Shown: one piece after another, positions 40,861-53,004 of the stretch
Numbering within the stretch: position 1 is the first letter of the stretch
How the letters are laid out: each line of letters opens with the position of its first letter
NCBI GenBank assembly: GCA_951406725.2
Contig: OX597821.1
Location: forward strand, 682,001 to 746,000
From: Octopus vulgaris
Lineage: Eukaryota
Length of the DNA: 64,000 nucleotides
Reading direction: 5' to 3'
Made by a program: the position numbers and the translations under genes
The notes under the pieces: generated by a model
What the model was told of the DNA's origin: nothing
What the model saw: only the letters and a program-made list of their open reading frames with translations
The model's database searches: none

Positions 40861-41413
40861 GGACTCGCCTGAAAGGATTAGAGACAAGCACTTTCCTCTC
40901 TGGTCAATCTCTCATCAACTTCTTCAAGTATCACTTGAAGAGGAAAGTGAGAGTAGAGAGGCAAGTTTTGTCTAGTGAATGTTTTAAAAAAAGATGGGTA
41001 AATGTAGCAAGGATGGCACGTATGAATGACGAAGCCACCTTGACTATGATTCTATGAACTGTAAAAATTAATACAGAGAGTTGCTTATTTGCAAAAAAAA
41101 AAAAAAAAGAAATATAACATGTGACTTCATTGACCGAGGTTACCGTGGTCTTTTCCGTAGGCTTTTCTTTCCACGGGTAAACCTCACCTGTCCTCCCCTT
41201 TACACTTCATATTGACATTTCTGTGATGACGGTCCCTATTGATCAATCCCCCCCTTTCTTTTAATTTTACCCCCCCCTTTTTTGTCCTCTTTCTTTCCTT
41301 TTACAATCCCTGTTGATCGAAAACCAAACCCCCTTTTTTTACCCCCAAAAGAAAAGCTCTACCTTGTAATTTGTCCTGTCTGTGTGCAGCCCTGTGTGGC
41401 TATTAAAGAAACA
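40861..41413 (+). mobile_element. Tx1-type element copy T3 (ORF2 end plus 3' UTR)
   Basis: TRLKGLETSTFLSGQSLINFFKYHLKRKVR..., close to T1; followed by (TATC)n. Confidence 0.9.
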
Positions 41414-41452
41414 TATCTATCTATCTATCTATCTATCTACCTACCTACCGAC

Positions 41453-43882
41453 CTACCGTGGCTCTCGGCAAGAGAAGCGGAGTGTTGTGAAAGTCCCATC
41501 ACAGCCGCTGACGTGCGGGGTGCGATGGCGGGCTGCGAGGGATAAGTCGCCTGGATTGGATGGTTTACCCTACGAGCTGTATTGTCAAATGCCAGACTTG
41601 TTTGGCGACCTCTTGGCATCAGTCTACTGCAACTGGCAACAAAACGGGAGAATCCCCGGTTTCGTGAGCCGAGGTGCGGTGACGTTGCTGAAGAAAGACC
41701 CAAACAAGGGGAATTTTATAGATAATTTCAGGCCCATCACTCTGCTCAACGCAGATTTGAAAATTTTGGCCAAAGTAATAGCCGAGAGGTTGGCGCTTGT
41801 CATTGATAAACTGGTCGACACGGCGCAAACATGCGTCGTGCCGGGCAGAACCATAAATGACAACCTCCATCTGATGCGCTACATTGTGGACAGGGTAGTT
41901 AAGGATCCTGGCATGGGTGGGGCGCTGATCAATTTGGATCAGTCTAAAGCCTTCGATAGGGTCGACCATCGGTACTTGGCGGCCGTCCTCAGGGCGGCTG
42001 GCTTCGGTCCCGTCTTCCGCGGTTGGATCGCTGCCTTGTATAGCGGCATTCGATTGGTGATTCGGGTGAGCGGCCACCTGTCGAAACCGTTTGACATCAC
42101 GCGTTCGGTCTGTCAGGGGTGTCTCCTGTCGGCGCTTCTGTATGTATTGACTCTCGAGCCGCTACTGCGGAAGCTGGTGACACTGAGAGGCATCCCACAG
42201 GAACTGGGTTGCGGGATGAGCGTGTCGGCATATGTGGACGATGCCACCGTCATAGTGTCGAGCGAAAAACACATCCAGATGATAGGCGAGACACTAAGAA
42301 AATACGAAACGGTGACGGGAGCAAAGATTAACCCGGAAAAGTCAGTGGGTTTGCTACTCAGCAGCTGGAGAAGCAAGCCCATGCCGTCCAACTGCGGCTC
42401 AGTAGTGGGACGCTGGACGGACGGACCGGTTAAATTGCTCGGGGTCTGGTTCAGTCCGGACCTCCAAATGGATAAGAACTGGGACGAGATCACGAGTAGA
42501 GTGGTCGCTCTCAGCTAAACATGGACCAAGAGAAAGCTGTCTCTAAAAGGTCGGGCGGAGGTGGCGAACGCGTACATCGCATCCGTCATCGATTACTGCC
42601 TGACCGTCGTGCCTTGTCCCGACGCCACCATCACCAAACTTGAACGCATACTCTTCCGCTTCCTGTGGAAGGGTGACGTTCCAATGGTGAGGAGGTCCAT
42701 TTGCTGTCAATATCCGTTGAATGGAGGGCTAGGCATGCCGTGGTTGATGATGCGCAGGCATGCGCTGAGACTGCGACATCTCTGGAACTTCATCGATGAC
42801 GGTGAACAGGTGTGGGCACTGTTTGTGAGGCGCGCCTTCCCGCAGCTCGTCTCACTGATCGAACTGCAAACGTGGATCAAGAAGAGACCAAAACTGGGCA
42901 ATTGGCACCGAGAGTGTCGCCAAGCTGTACAGCAGATCTGCCGACCAGGGTCAAACTTGTGCAACTTACAAACCACATAAGCGTTCTATAGAGGACTAGT
43001 GTAGGGGAGATCCGACGACACACTCGGGGCAAACCTGGGCATCGACGAGAAATTCCTAACCCGCCTTTTCAGGACGATGTTCGGGCCGGGGCCTATGGAT
43101 AACTTCCAGAGATCACTGGCTTGGCAATGCTATCGAGACGCACTACCTGTTCAAGAGAAGAGCTGCGGGCACGGTTCGAAAACCATCACCGGACCGACCT
43201 GCCCGAGATGCGATCAGAGCGACGAAACCGTTCTGCATGCACTCGTGCAGTGTCCAGATATTTCAAAGCTGTGGACCTTCGTCGAACAGCTGTTGTCGAG
43301 TGTAGGACGGGCCTGCTTATCGGCCAAGTCTATCGTGAATAACGGTTTTCGTTACGCTGATGGCTATGGCAAAAGAATGTGTGTGGTGGACGCATTTGAA
43401 AGGACTGCAAACAAACACCTTCCTCTCTGGTCAGTCTCTCGTCAACTTTTTCAAGTACCACTTGAAAAGGAGGATGAGAATAGAGAGGAAGGCTTTGTCG
43501 AACAAATGTTTTAATAAAAAGTGGGTAAAAGTGGCAAAAATGGTCAATGTGAAAGACGACACTATTTTAAGCATAAATCTGTAACCAAAAGAGACAACGA
43601 GAGGTAAGGCGACTTACTCATGTGTTCTTTTTTGAACTGTCTGAGGTGACCTTGGTCTTTTTTGTAGGTTTTTTCTTTCCAGGGCTACACCTAAACTGTG
43701 AACTTTATTTATATATATATGTATTATATTTTTATACACCACACAACCCACAGATCCCTATTGATCGAACGTTTTTTTTCTCTTTGTATGTCCCACCCAT
43801 CCCACCTCGAAAAGAAAAACTCTACATTGTATTTCGTCCATTTTTATTCTGTGTTTAGCCCTGTGTGGCCATAATAAAAAGT
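41453..43882 (+). mobile_element. Tx1/L1-clade non-LTR retrotransposon copy T4, 5'-truncated, RT plus zinc knuckle, disrupted
   Basis: KSPGLDGLP, FRPITLLNAD, LDQSKAFDRV, QGC.LS, AYVDD, GAKINPEKS, LSLKGR, GGLGMP, CPRC...ETVLHALVQC. Stops and frameshifts near 41540, 42516, 42978 and 43340; endonuclease missing; (TATC)n on both sides. Confidence 0.95.
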
Positions 43883-44564
43883 TATCTATCTATCTATCTA
43901 TCTATCTATGTCATCTGTTTTATTTGTTGGTCTGCCTTGAAAAAAATCTACCCAAATGTTTATTTTAAATTAGTTACTTAATCTATCAGTAACTTTTTGC
44001 TGAAATGTTAGGTTACAGGAGGCCCTAAATAAATCAACACTGATTGTCAGTCAATAGTGTGGATAAAACAAGCACAAAGACACGTATGCCTGCACACACA
44101 CAAGCACATATCTGTCTCTCTTTCTAGTTACATATCTTTTTTTTTCTATACGTGTGTGCGTATGACTGTTGCCCAGTCAGTATCCATCTTCCAAATTCCC
44201 TCACAAAGTAAATATGTCCCTCCGTTCATTTCATTGTCATCCTCCTACCTTCATTTTCTATGGACTGGAAAGGTCATCGCATTCTTGAGTCGCCTCCCAT
44301 TGGAGATTGCTACTCCCAAAGACTAGATGCTTACGTCTCTCAATTGGATTTGGTTCCTATGGCTGGATGCCCTTCCTGACATCAGCCACTTCACAGAATG
44401 TACTTGCTACTTTTCTCACAGTATTAATGCTGGAGAAGTCAAAGTTAAACAGACCAAGGTGGGACCCAGTTTGGAAGATTTCATAACCCTTCTTTTCACT
44501 TCTCCTTTGGCCAGCCATTTTACAGCATGCACAATATTTTATTATTATTATGGCTGGGTTAAAA

Positions 44565-44835
44565 CCTGGACCACAACAACAAAGTTCACCCATCATACTT
44601 CTTGGTCCAAAATCGCTCTCTCAAGGCCCTGGATACATTCCAGGCTAGTGTCTGCAATTAAGTTGTCACTATAAGTGTGATGATGTTTTCCTCTTTTTAC
44701 ATCACCATGAAGTGGCTTCCCAAAGAATAATTTGTATGCTTCCAGTTCAGGGTGGTGCATGCAGTGACCAGATAGTCACAACCATCCTTACCTGATTTCC
44801 TTGCGAACTTTTAGCAGGTCTCCATAAAGGCATTC
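44565..44835 (-). mobile_element. RTE-clade LINE 3' ORF fragment (second family)
   Basis: Reverse complement translates to LYGDLLKVRKEIR...LSGHCMHHPELEAYKLFFGKPLHGDVKRGKHHHTYSDNLIADT. Confidence 0.7.
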
Positions 44836-45291
44836 ATTCATCACATGTTGCTGCTGTTTCACATTTCAGGGAACAATAGATGGGTTGGTGTGGGGCTTGT
44901 ACACAGTAAATGTAAACTTGGAGAGCGAACAATGACAACAGGAAGGCCAGAGATGGTTGAGAGGTGAGGAGAGAAATGTAGGTATCAAAAGTAATTAATA
45001 AATTTAGGGTGTATATACATCTCATACATACATAGCTGTATGAGGGTGTGCATGTGTGTGTATCTAATTCATCACTTTGTTTCATCTGTGAATGCTTAGG
45101 GCATGCTTGGGTACCAGCATCAGAGCTGAAGGTTCTATTTTTTGTGGAGCATTTTTCTATGTCCTGTATTGTGGCATCTCTTTTTAGTGGATCACTGAAT
45201 TAGTGGAGGCTGATCTGCATGTGTGTGGGGGGTGTATGTGCATATTTATTAGGTACAGGCATGGTGGTGTGGGCAAAAATTTTGCCTCCTG

Positions 45292-45650
45292 ACTGGCAGG
45301 AACGTTAGCATGCCAGGTGAAATGCTTAGTGGTATTTCGTCTGTTTTTACATTCTGATTTCAAATTCCACCGAGGTCGAGTTTGCCCTTCATCCTTTCGA
45401 GATTGATAAATTAAGTACCAGGGAAGTACTGGGGTTGATCTAATCAACTGGCCTCTTTCGCCAAAACTTTTGGGCCTTGTGCCACCTATTTACAGCTGTA
45501 AATAGGGTCACCTATTTATAGCTGAGTGGACTGGAGCAACATGAAACAAAGTAGTTTACTCAAGAACACAAAGCACTACCAGTCTGGGAATTGAAACCAT
45601 GATCTTGCAATTGGTTGTGCAATACCCTAACCATTAGGTTGCATGCCTTC
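45292..45650. mobile_element. SINE family C (+, ~45292-45483) next to SINE family E (-, ~45510-45650)
   Basis: Diagnostic motifs of both families. Confidence 0.7.
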
Positions 45651-45656
45651 ACAAAC

Positions 45657-45719
<63 letters not shown>

Positions 45720-45734
45720 AGGCCACGGACATTT

Positions 45735-45820
45735 GAATTATGTCTGATGAGGCCATGGACATTTGAATTATGTAAGTAATTATTTTGTTAAAGGCCGAAA
45801 CTGAGGTATGCAATTAATTC
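45735..45820 (+). ncRNA. Hammerhead core in a Penelope-like fragment, stem I disrupted
   Basis: CUGAUGA(45744-45750)-GGCC...GGCC-GAAAC(45797-45801)-UGAG-GUA; preceded by a 30-bp tandem duplication and (TA)n. Confidence 0.55.
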
Positions 45821-46091
45821 TGTTTTTTATATAAATTTTCATCTGTCCTGCCCGCCAAATTTGGTTCTGGTGTTCGCTGAATTTTTCCTCTAGAGAACTT
45901 TCTTTGTAGTTTGATCGTTGATGATCTATTTCTAGCATACGGCCGACTACCTAGCAGTCCAGCCCTGCCAATATACACATATATTAGAATTTTCTCTGAC
46001 TTCTCAGATTTTTTGTATGCTAGACTACTGGTTTTAAATTGATATTAAAATTAATATTAATTTATCTCCCTCATTATTTAAATATGTATAT

Positions 46092-46464
46092 ATTTATCAA
46101 AATGAACAGACATTATCGACAGTGTAACTGCAACATCTGACCATGTGTGTATCTATATGTGAATATATAGCTACACACAGCTGAAGAGTTCCTGACTTTA
46201 AGGGTTTCATGAAGGGCCCGGCTGGAGGCCCAACATTCCGAGTTCTATTACAGGGCTCAGAAAAACTGAGGGACCACTGCAATTAGAGTGTGAATCTGAG
46301 AAGAGAATTTGTTGACTAAAATCATAATTAATTGATCAATTAATTATGAAACCCTTAAAGTCAGGAACTCTTCAGCTGTGTGTATCTATATATCCACATA
46401 TATATACACACATGGTCAGATGTTGCAGTGACACTGTCGATAATGTCTGTTCATTTTGATAAAT
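46092..46464. repeat. Long inverted repeat (arms ~46092-46210 and ~46346-46464) with a conserved spacer
   Basis: Arms are near-identical reverse complements; spacer homologous to 54722-54920; perfect 28-bp palindrome at 46322-46349. Confidence 0.9.
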
Positions 46465-46499
46465 GCCAGCAGGTGGGTCTGTTTGAAATGTTAATGACA

Positions 46500-46810
46500 T
46501 GGTTGGATGTCAGGCTGCTGAAGTAATTAGATATGCCAAATTTAATGGATACTATTGTTATGGAAGCTATGTCCCAAATACATTTAGAAATCACTGAAAG
46601 AATTATGTTTCCAAACCAGACAACCAATGAGAGGTGATGAACACCCCTACGTTGCCTGACATATCAATTTTTTTATGGTTAGTTTTGTCAATGAAATGAT
46701 GAGAGAAGTTGGATCATGTCAGCCACACAAAACCTTTATAAAGATGGAAATAATCCTGTTTAGAAATGCACAATTATAGCAGATTCCATATGCTTCTAAC
46801 ATGGGTGTGT
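46500..46810 (+). mobile_element. Possible decayed EnSpm/CACTA-type transposase fragment
   Basis: Across frames AKFNGYYCY, RIMFP and IADS/HMLL/MGV recall the FNG..GC..C and DYMH...LGV motifs; heavily disrupted. Confidence 0.3.
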
Positions 46811-46877
46811 ATTGACTACTTCACATTTTTGCATGGAAACACAAAGAAATACTGTTTACACACACGCACACACACAC

Positions 46878-46932
<55 letters not shown>

Positions 46933-47419
46933 CATCCATCCATCCACACCTACACACCTATATATACAAATATATAGAGATATAAGCAAATCTATATGCA
47001 CAATGAATGCAAATTTATACATAGGTTAAATACGCATGTGTCTATTTACACACACACACACAGAAGTATGTACAAATATATATGTACAATATATACATTA
47101 TATATGTGAATAGAGAGAGAGAGAGAGTGTGTATATGTTTGATCTAATATGTGTTCGCATGTAAGTAGCTCTATATGTACATATATTTACACATACAGAT
47201 ACACACGTAACTAATGCTTTTAATCAAATATATCTGTGTATAAATACACCTACACAACATATGTATGGTTATATAATGTATATTGTATATACCCGTGTAC
47301 GTGCTTTAGAATATGGAAAATGTTCATAAAGCGAAACTGGCTGACTTAACCAACAAGAACATCAACAACTCGAAGTAGATAATAGGAATTTTTATATATA
47401 TATATATATATACTCCTCC

Positions 47420-47560
47420 TTTATTCCCTAGAGCAAATAATGGAGAGATATGCAATTATTTACATCTGGAAATTCTTAGAGAGAAGGAATGGCACCAAAC
47501 CTTTTGGCATTGATCATTGTCTTAATCTCCAAATTACTGTAGACTTTACAGAATGGTACA
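47420..47560 (+). mobile_element. CR1/L2-group LINE ORF2 fragment
   Basis: ERYAIIYIWKFLE...FGI; probably the same LINE family as 34272, from a slightly more upstream part. Confidence 0.5.
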
Positions 47561-47889
47561 ACAGAGTAGTGCCAAAAATTACATCATTCTCATCTCAAAG
47601 AGCTTTATATGAACAACAGAAATGTTAATATTTGCAAAGAGTTTGACCACACTATGGTTTTTATATTGTTGTTGTTTAATCAACCTGATAATCAGTTGTT
47701 TTGGGTCAGTTACCTTTAGGGTCCATGCTTAACATTTGTACAATGCTATTGATAAGATCAGGGTTTTTCAAAGTTTTAGTCGGGTGTTTTTGTTGAGGAT
47801 GAAGTCTCTCCATATTATACCGAACTGATCTCTATATTGTACTGAGTGATCAGGCACTGAGTCACGCCCTTTGATTAGAGTAACTGCCG

Positions 47890-48222
47890 TGAAGGCACAT
47901 GGCTTAGTGCTTAGAGTATTTGGCTCAGGAGCATAAGGTCATAGGTTCGATTCTTGGCGTTGCATTATGTCCTTCAGGAACGCACTTTATTTCACGTAGC
48001 ACCAGTCCACTCAGCTGGCAAAAAATGGCTTGTACCTGTAATTCAACAGGCCAGCCTTGTCACATCGTGTCACATTATGTGTCATATTCTGTGTCACACT
48101 GAATCTCACCAAGAGCTATGTTTAAGATACACATACCTGTGGAGTGATCGGCCACTTGCATGTTAACTTCACAGGTAGGCTGTTCTGTTGATCAAATCAC
48201 TTGTAACACTCATTGTCATAAC
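47890..48222 (+). mobile_element. SINE family E
   Basis: gaaggcacatggcttagtg..ggttcgattc..cactttatttcacgt. Confidence 0.7.
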
Positions 48223-48654
48223 TGGAAATCCCGGACAGCCTAACTGTTAATTCAATCTAGGTTGAGGTTTCTGGTATTGGCCTGGTCACTAGATTGCAAC
48301 ACCATTTCTAGACCTATATCAGTTTATCTTCTGGACAGAACATGTTGCACATACTTTTGTTCATTCCTTTTTTTTAACATCTGGGTTTTTTTTCATGCTA
48401 GTATATTTAGATAGGAGAGAATCAAGGCAGGATTTTCATAGCCAGATGTTCTTCCTGTCACCAACTCTTAATTCTTTTTCAAGTAAAGGAAATTTTTCTT
48501 TTTTATTCCAGAGGAATTTGAAAGCACAGAGCTATGATTTATTGATAAGAAATGGCAACAAACATGATCAGTTTCTGCTCAGCTACAAATAGTGACATTG
48601 TCATTTATAACTGAGTAGAAACAATATGTGATGTTATGATGTCAGACACAATTG

Positions 48655-48961
48655 GCATGTGAAAAAACATTTGAGCGAGATCGTTGCCAGTGCCACTGGA
48701 CTGGCTCCTGTGCAGGTGGTGTATAAAAAGCACCATTTGAGCGTGGCCATTGCCAGTACTGCCTGACTGGTCCTCGTGCCGGTGGCATGTAAAAGCTCCC
48801 ACTACACTCTCGGAGTGGTTGGCATTAGGAAGGGCATCCAGCTGTAGAAACTCTGCCAGATCAAGATTGGAGCCTGGTGCATCTGTCTGGTTTGCCAGAT
48901 CTCAGTCAAATTATCCAACCCATACTAGCATGGAAAGCGGACGTTAAACGATGATGATGAT
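48655..48961 (+). mobile_element. SINE-like family A copy
   Basis: Subrepeats, core and (GAT)n tail. Confidence 0.85.
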
Positions 48962-49544
48962 GTATATATATATATATATGTATGTGTATATATATATATA
49001 TAATCGCTGTAACAAACTATCAGCACAACCATGTCTGTACATGCTTGCTTTGTAACAACATGGTTTCAGGTTCAGTCCCACTATACAGCACCTTGGACAA
49101 GTGACTTTTATTTTAGTCCTGGGCCGATAAATACCTTGTGGATGAATATGGTTGACATAAATTGTATGGAAGCCCATTGTATATGTGTGTGTGTGTGTGT
49201 GCGTAGTCAAAAAGAGGGCATACTAAAGTGACATGCAGCCAAAATCGGGCTCAGTGGAGGGGTTTCACCCTCCACTCAATTACATAGGGTACTAAACTCA
49301 GGATAATCTAGAATGTGGAATATGAGCCAAATAATAGAAGAAGTAATAAGCAGAAAACAGGTGCCAGTAAGGCGATGCAGGTAACAATGAGGCTCGAATG
49401 GAGCTTTTTACGTGCCACCAGCATGGAGGCGAGTTTGTTGCTCTGGCAACGATCACGCTCGGATGGTACTCTTAGCACTCCACTAGCATGGATGCCAGTC
49501 ATCGAATTTGATTTCGATATATACATATATATATGTGCTGAGAG

Positions 49545-49581
<37 letters not shown>

Positions 49582-49620
49582 TTCAATGTATAACACAAAT
49601 TATATAAACCATATATATAC

Positions 49621-50012
49621 TCTCTACTCTTTTACTTGTTTCAGTCATTTGACTGTGGCCATGCTGGAGCACCACCTTTAGTCGAGCAAATCGACCCCAG
49701 AACTTATTCTTTGTAAGTCTAGTACTTATTCTATCGGTCTCTTTTACTGTACAGCTAAGTTACGGGGACATAAATACACCAACATCGGTTGTCAAGCGAT
49801 GTTGGGAGACAAACACAGACACACAAACATATATATATATTCATATATACAACGGGCTTCTTTCAGTTTCCGTCTACCAAATCCACTCACAAGGCTTTGG
49901 TCGGCCGAGGCTATAGTAGAATACACTTGCCCAAGGTGCCACGCAGTGGTACTGAACCGGGAACCATGTGGTTTGTAAGCAAGTTACTTACCACACAGCC
50001 ACTCCTATGCCT
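49621..50012 (-). mobile_element. SINE family B
   Basis: Full head to tail. Confidence 0.85.
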
Positions 50013-50735
50013 ATATATATGTATACACACACATACACATTCAGAATGTAATTTAAAGGAAAGTGATCACCAACTCTAGCATGGAAGGGCATCTGGCCAT
50101 ATAAAATACCACCACAAAAATAAGCCTTCATCAAACCCATGCAAGCATGAAAAAAATAGACATAGAACAGACAAATGAACATACACATGCATATAGATAC
50201 ACAGAAACAAATAGTCTACAAGGATATTTAAATTTGGTGTGTAGAGAAAATGGTTCTTTGAGCAGAAGGAAGAAAAAATTGGGAAATAAGATTGGAAAAG
50301 GAGAGAAAAGTAAAAAAAAAAAAAAAGTGTATTTGTTTATATTTTATTTTATTTTTGTAATGATTTCATGGTTGACAACACAAATGTATGACAGACGTGA
50401 CATCCTGGTGTAGTTAGAGAATTTCTTCTCAGGGATATAAGGATATGTGTATGTGCATAAATGTATGTACGTGTGTGTGGATGTGGATGTGTACGTGTGT
50501 GTGTGTAAGTATGTGTGCATGTGTGAATGTGCATATATGTATATGTGCATATGAATGTGTATATGTATGTGTGTGTATATGTATATATATATGTGTGTGT
50601 GTGTGTATATATATATATATGATTTATATAATTTGCGTTATACATAGAAGTATAAAACATACAAATAGTTTAGTTCTTTCAGCATACATTTATATGTACA
50701 TATATATCTATCTATATATATGTATAGATAGACAG

Positions 50736-50802
<67 letters not shown>

Positions 50803-51016
50803 TATATACATTCACACACACAGAGTTGTATGTTACATACATATACATGCATATACAAATGAAGACATCACATATACAGACAGACATAGGTGTATATAAT
50901 GGGAGAAAGGCAACTTTACTCCCTGGTATACACACATAGGTAACTGTGAGTATGTGTATATATCAATCACCCTATATGCCCCTGTGTACACACACACACA
51001 CACACACATATATGTA

Positions 51017-51054
<38 letters not shown>

Positions 51055-51551
51055 CTCTCACACACATATACATATACACAACCACACACACAGTAATTAA
51101 AAGAAGCATCTTGCAGAAGTTTGCTGTCTGCCATAAGGATAAACCAATTCCAAAAGTAAGAATGCCTGAAACCATTCTCCCCTCCTCAGAGGGTTGGGGG
51201 TTTGGCAGGGGCTGGGGTGGGAGGTCAACGAAACTTTTTGATTTAACTTAAATAGACAGCAAAAGTCGGATGTATGTACGTGTGTATGTGTTTCTGTGTG
51301 TGTATGAGTGTATAACCTCTTGTGTGTGTGTGTGTGTGTGTATAGTCTTTCTTTCCTTCTTTCTCTCTGTATTTGTGGTTCATATCTGGATAAGTCTTGC
51401 GTTTTCTTTTCCATGGAAAAGCACCATGAGTATAGCCACATTGGTGCTCCACCTTCTTTGTTCTGGTGCACCAAATTGGTAGTGGTGGTGGTGGTGTTAG
51501 TGGTGGGGCATTCTTTTATGTATGTATCTCTCTCTCAAATATATATATACA

Positions 51552-51957
51552 TACTCTTTTACTTGTTTCAGTCATTTGACTACGGCCATGCTGGAGCACT
51601 GCCTTTAGTCGAGCAAATTGACCCCAGGACTTATACTTCGTAAGCCTAGTACTTATTCTATCGGTCTCTTTTGCTGATCCGCTAAGTTACGGGGACTTAA
51701 ACACACCAGCATCAGTTGTCAAGCGATGTTGGGAGGACAAACAGAGACACACAAACACATACATATATAGACACACACATATATACATATATACGACGGG
51801 CTTCTTTCAGTTTCCATCTACCAAATCCACTCTCAAGGCTTTGGTTGGCCTGAGGCTATAGTAGAAGACACTTGCGCGAGGTGTCACGCAATGGGACTGA
51901 ACACGGAACCATGTGGTTGGGAAGCAAGCTACTTACCACACAGCCACTCCTGCGCCT
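51552..51957 (-). mobile_element. SINE family B
   Basis: Full head to tail. Confidence 0.85.
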
Positions 51958-51972
51958 ATATATATATATATA

Positions 51973-52243
51973 AGGTGCATGGCTCAATGGTTAGAATGTT
52001 GCTCTCACAATCATGAGGTATTGAGTTCAATTCGCAGACCAGGTTATGCGTTGTATTCTTGAGCAAGACATTTTATTTCACATTGCTCCAGTGCAGTGAG
52101 CTATAGAAATGAGTTGCGATGTCACAGGTGCCTAGCTGGGTAACATTAGTGGTGTGGAATGGGGGAGTCCGTTATGCATGGGTAACTGCTGGTCTTCCAT
52201 AAACAACCTTGCCTGAGCTTCTGCCTCAGAGGTGAACTTTCTA
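51973..52243 (+). mobile_element. SINE family E
   Basis: ggtgcatggctcaatggttag...gagttcaattc. Confidence 0.7.
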
Positions 52244-52368
52244 TTTGTATGTTTTCCTGTCACCAACTTTTAATTCTTTTTCAAGTAAAGGAAATTTTTC
52301 TTTTTCATTCCAGAGGAATTTGAAAGCACAGAGCTATGATTTATTGATAAGAAATGGCAACAAACATA

Positions 52369-52551
52369 GGCATAGGAGTGGCTGTGTGGTAAGTAGCTTG
52401 CTTACCAACCACATGGTTCCGGGTTCAGTCCTACTGCATGATACCTTGGGCAAGTGTCTTCTACTATAGCCTTGGGTCGACCAAAGCCTTGTGAGTGGAT
52501 TTGGTTGAGGGAAACTGAAAGAAGCCCGTTGTATATTTGTGTGTGTGTGTG

Positions 52552-52596
<45 letters not shown>

Positions 52597-52806
52597 ATAT
52601 GTTTGTGTGTCTGTGTTTGTTCCCCAACATTGCTTGACAACTGATGCTGGTGTGTTTATGTCCCCGTAACTTAGCAGTTCGGCAAAAGAGACTGATGGAA
52701 TAAGTACTAGACTTACAAAGTATAAGTCCTGGGGTTGATTTGCTCCACTAAAGGCGGTGCTCCAGCATGGCCACAGTCAAATGACTGAAACAAGTAAAAG
52801 AGTAAG
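52369..52806 (+). mobile_element. SINE family B inserted in a duplicated segment
   Basis: Full length; the empty site is visible in the paralogous segment near 48566. Confidence 0.9.
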
Positions 52807-52940
52807 CATCATCGGTTTCTGCTCAGCTACAACTAGTGACATCCTCATTTGTAACTGAGTAACAAAGGAGGGGGGGGGGGGTCTTTACCCTTTTACCCTA
52901 TATTTTTTTTAGGAAGTTAAAAGTTATTTTGGCTGTCATA

Positions 52941-53000
52941 GAGCGACCATTGGTTTCACACCAATAAAGCGCTTAGTACTATTGGCGACTCATCAGATTC
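52941..53000 (-). ncRNA. Type I hammerhead motif
   Basis: GAAU-CUGAUGA-GU-CGCCAAUA...UAUUGGUG-U-GAAAC-CAAUG-GUC-GCUC; core intact, one mismatch in stem I. Confidence 0.7.
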
Positions 53001-53004
53001 ATTT

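Noticed and set aside
41382-42518. 378-aa ORF as an intact host gene or active RT
   Set aside because: Its N-terminus is translated UTR and microsatellite; it is part of a truncated, disrupted Tx1 ORF2.
47301-47350. Hairpin followed by GAAAC (3' half of a hammerhead)
   Set aside because: No CUGANGA upstream and GAC instead of GUH; insufficient.
52774-52795. SINE B tail hairpin followed by GAAAC, resembling hammerhead stem II
   Set aside because: No upstream CUGANGA in any copy; better explained as a LINE-recognition stem-loop.
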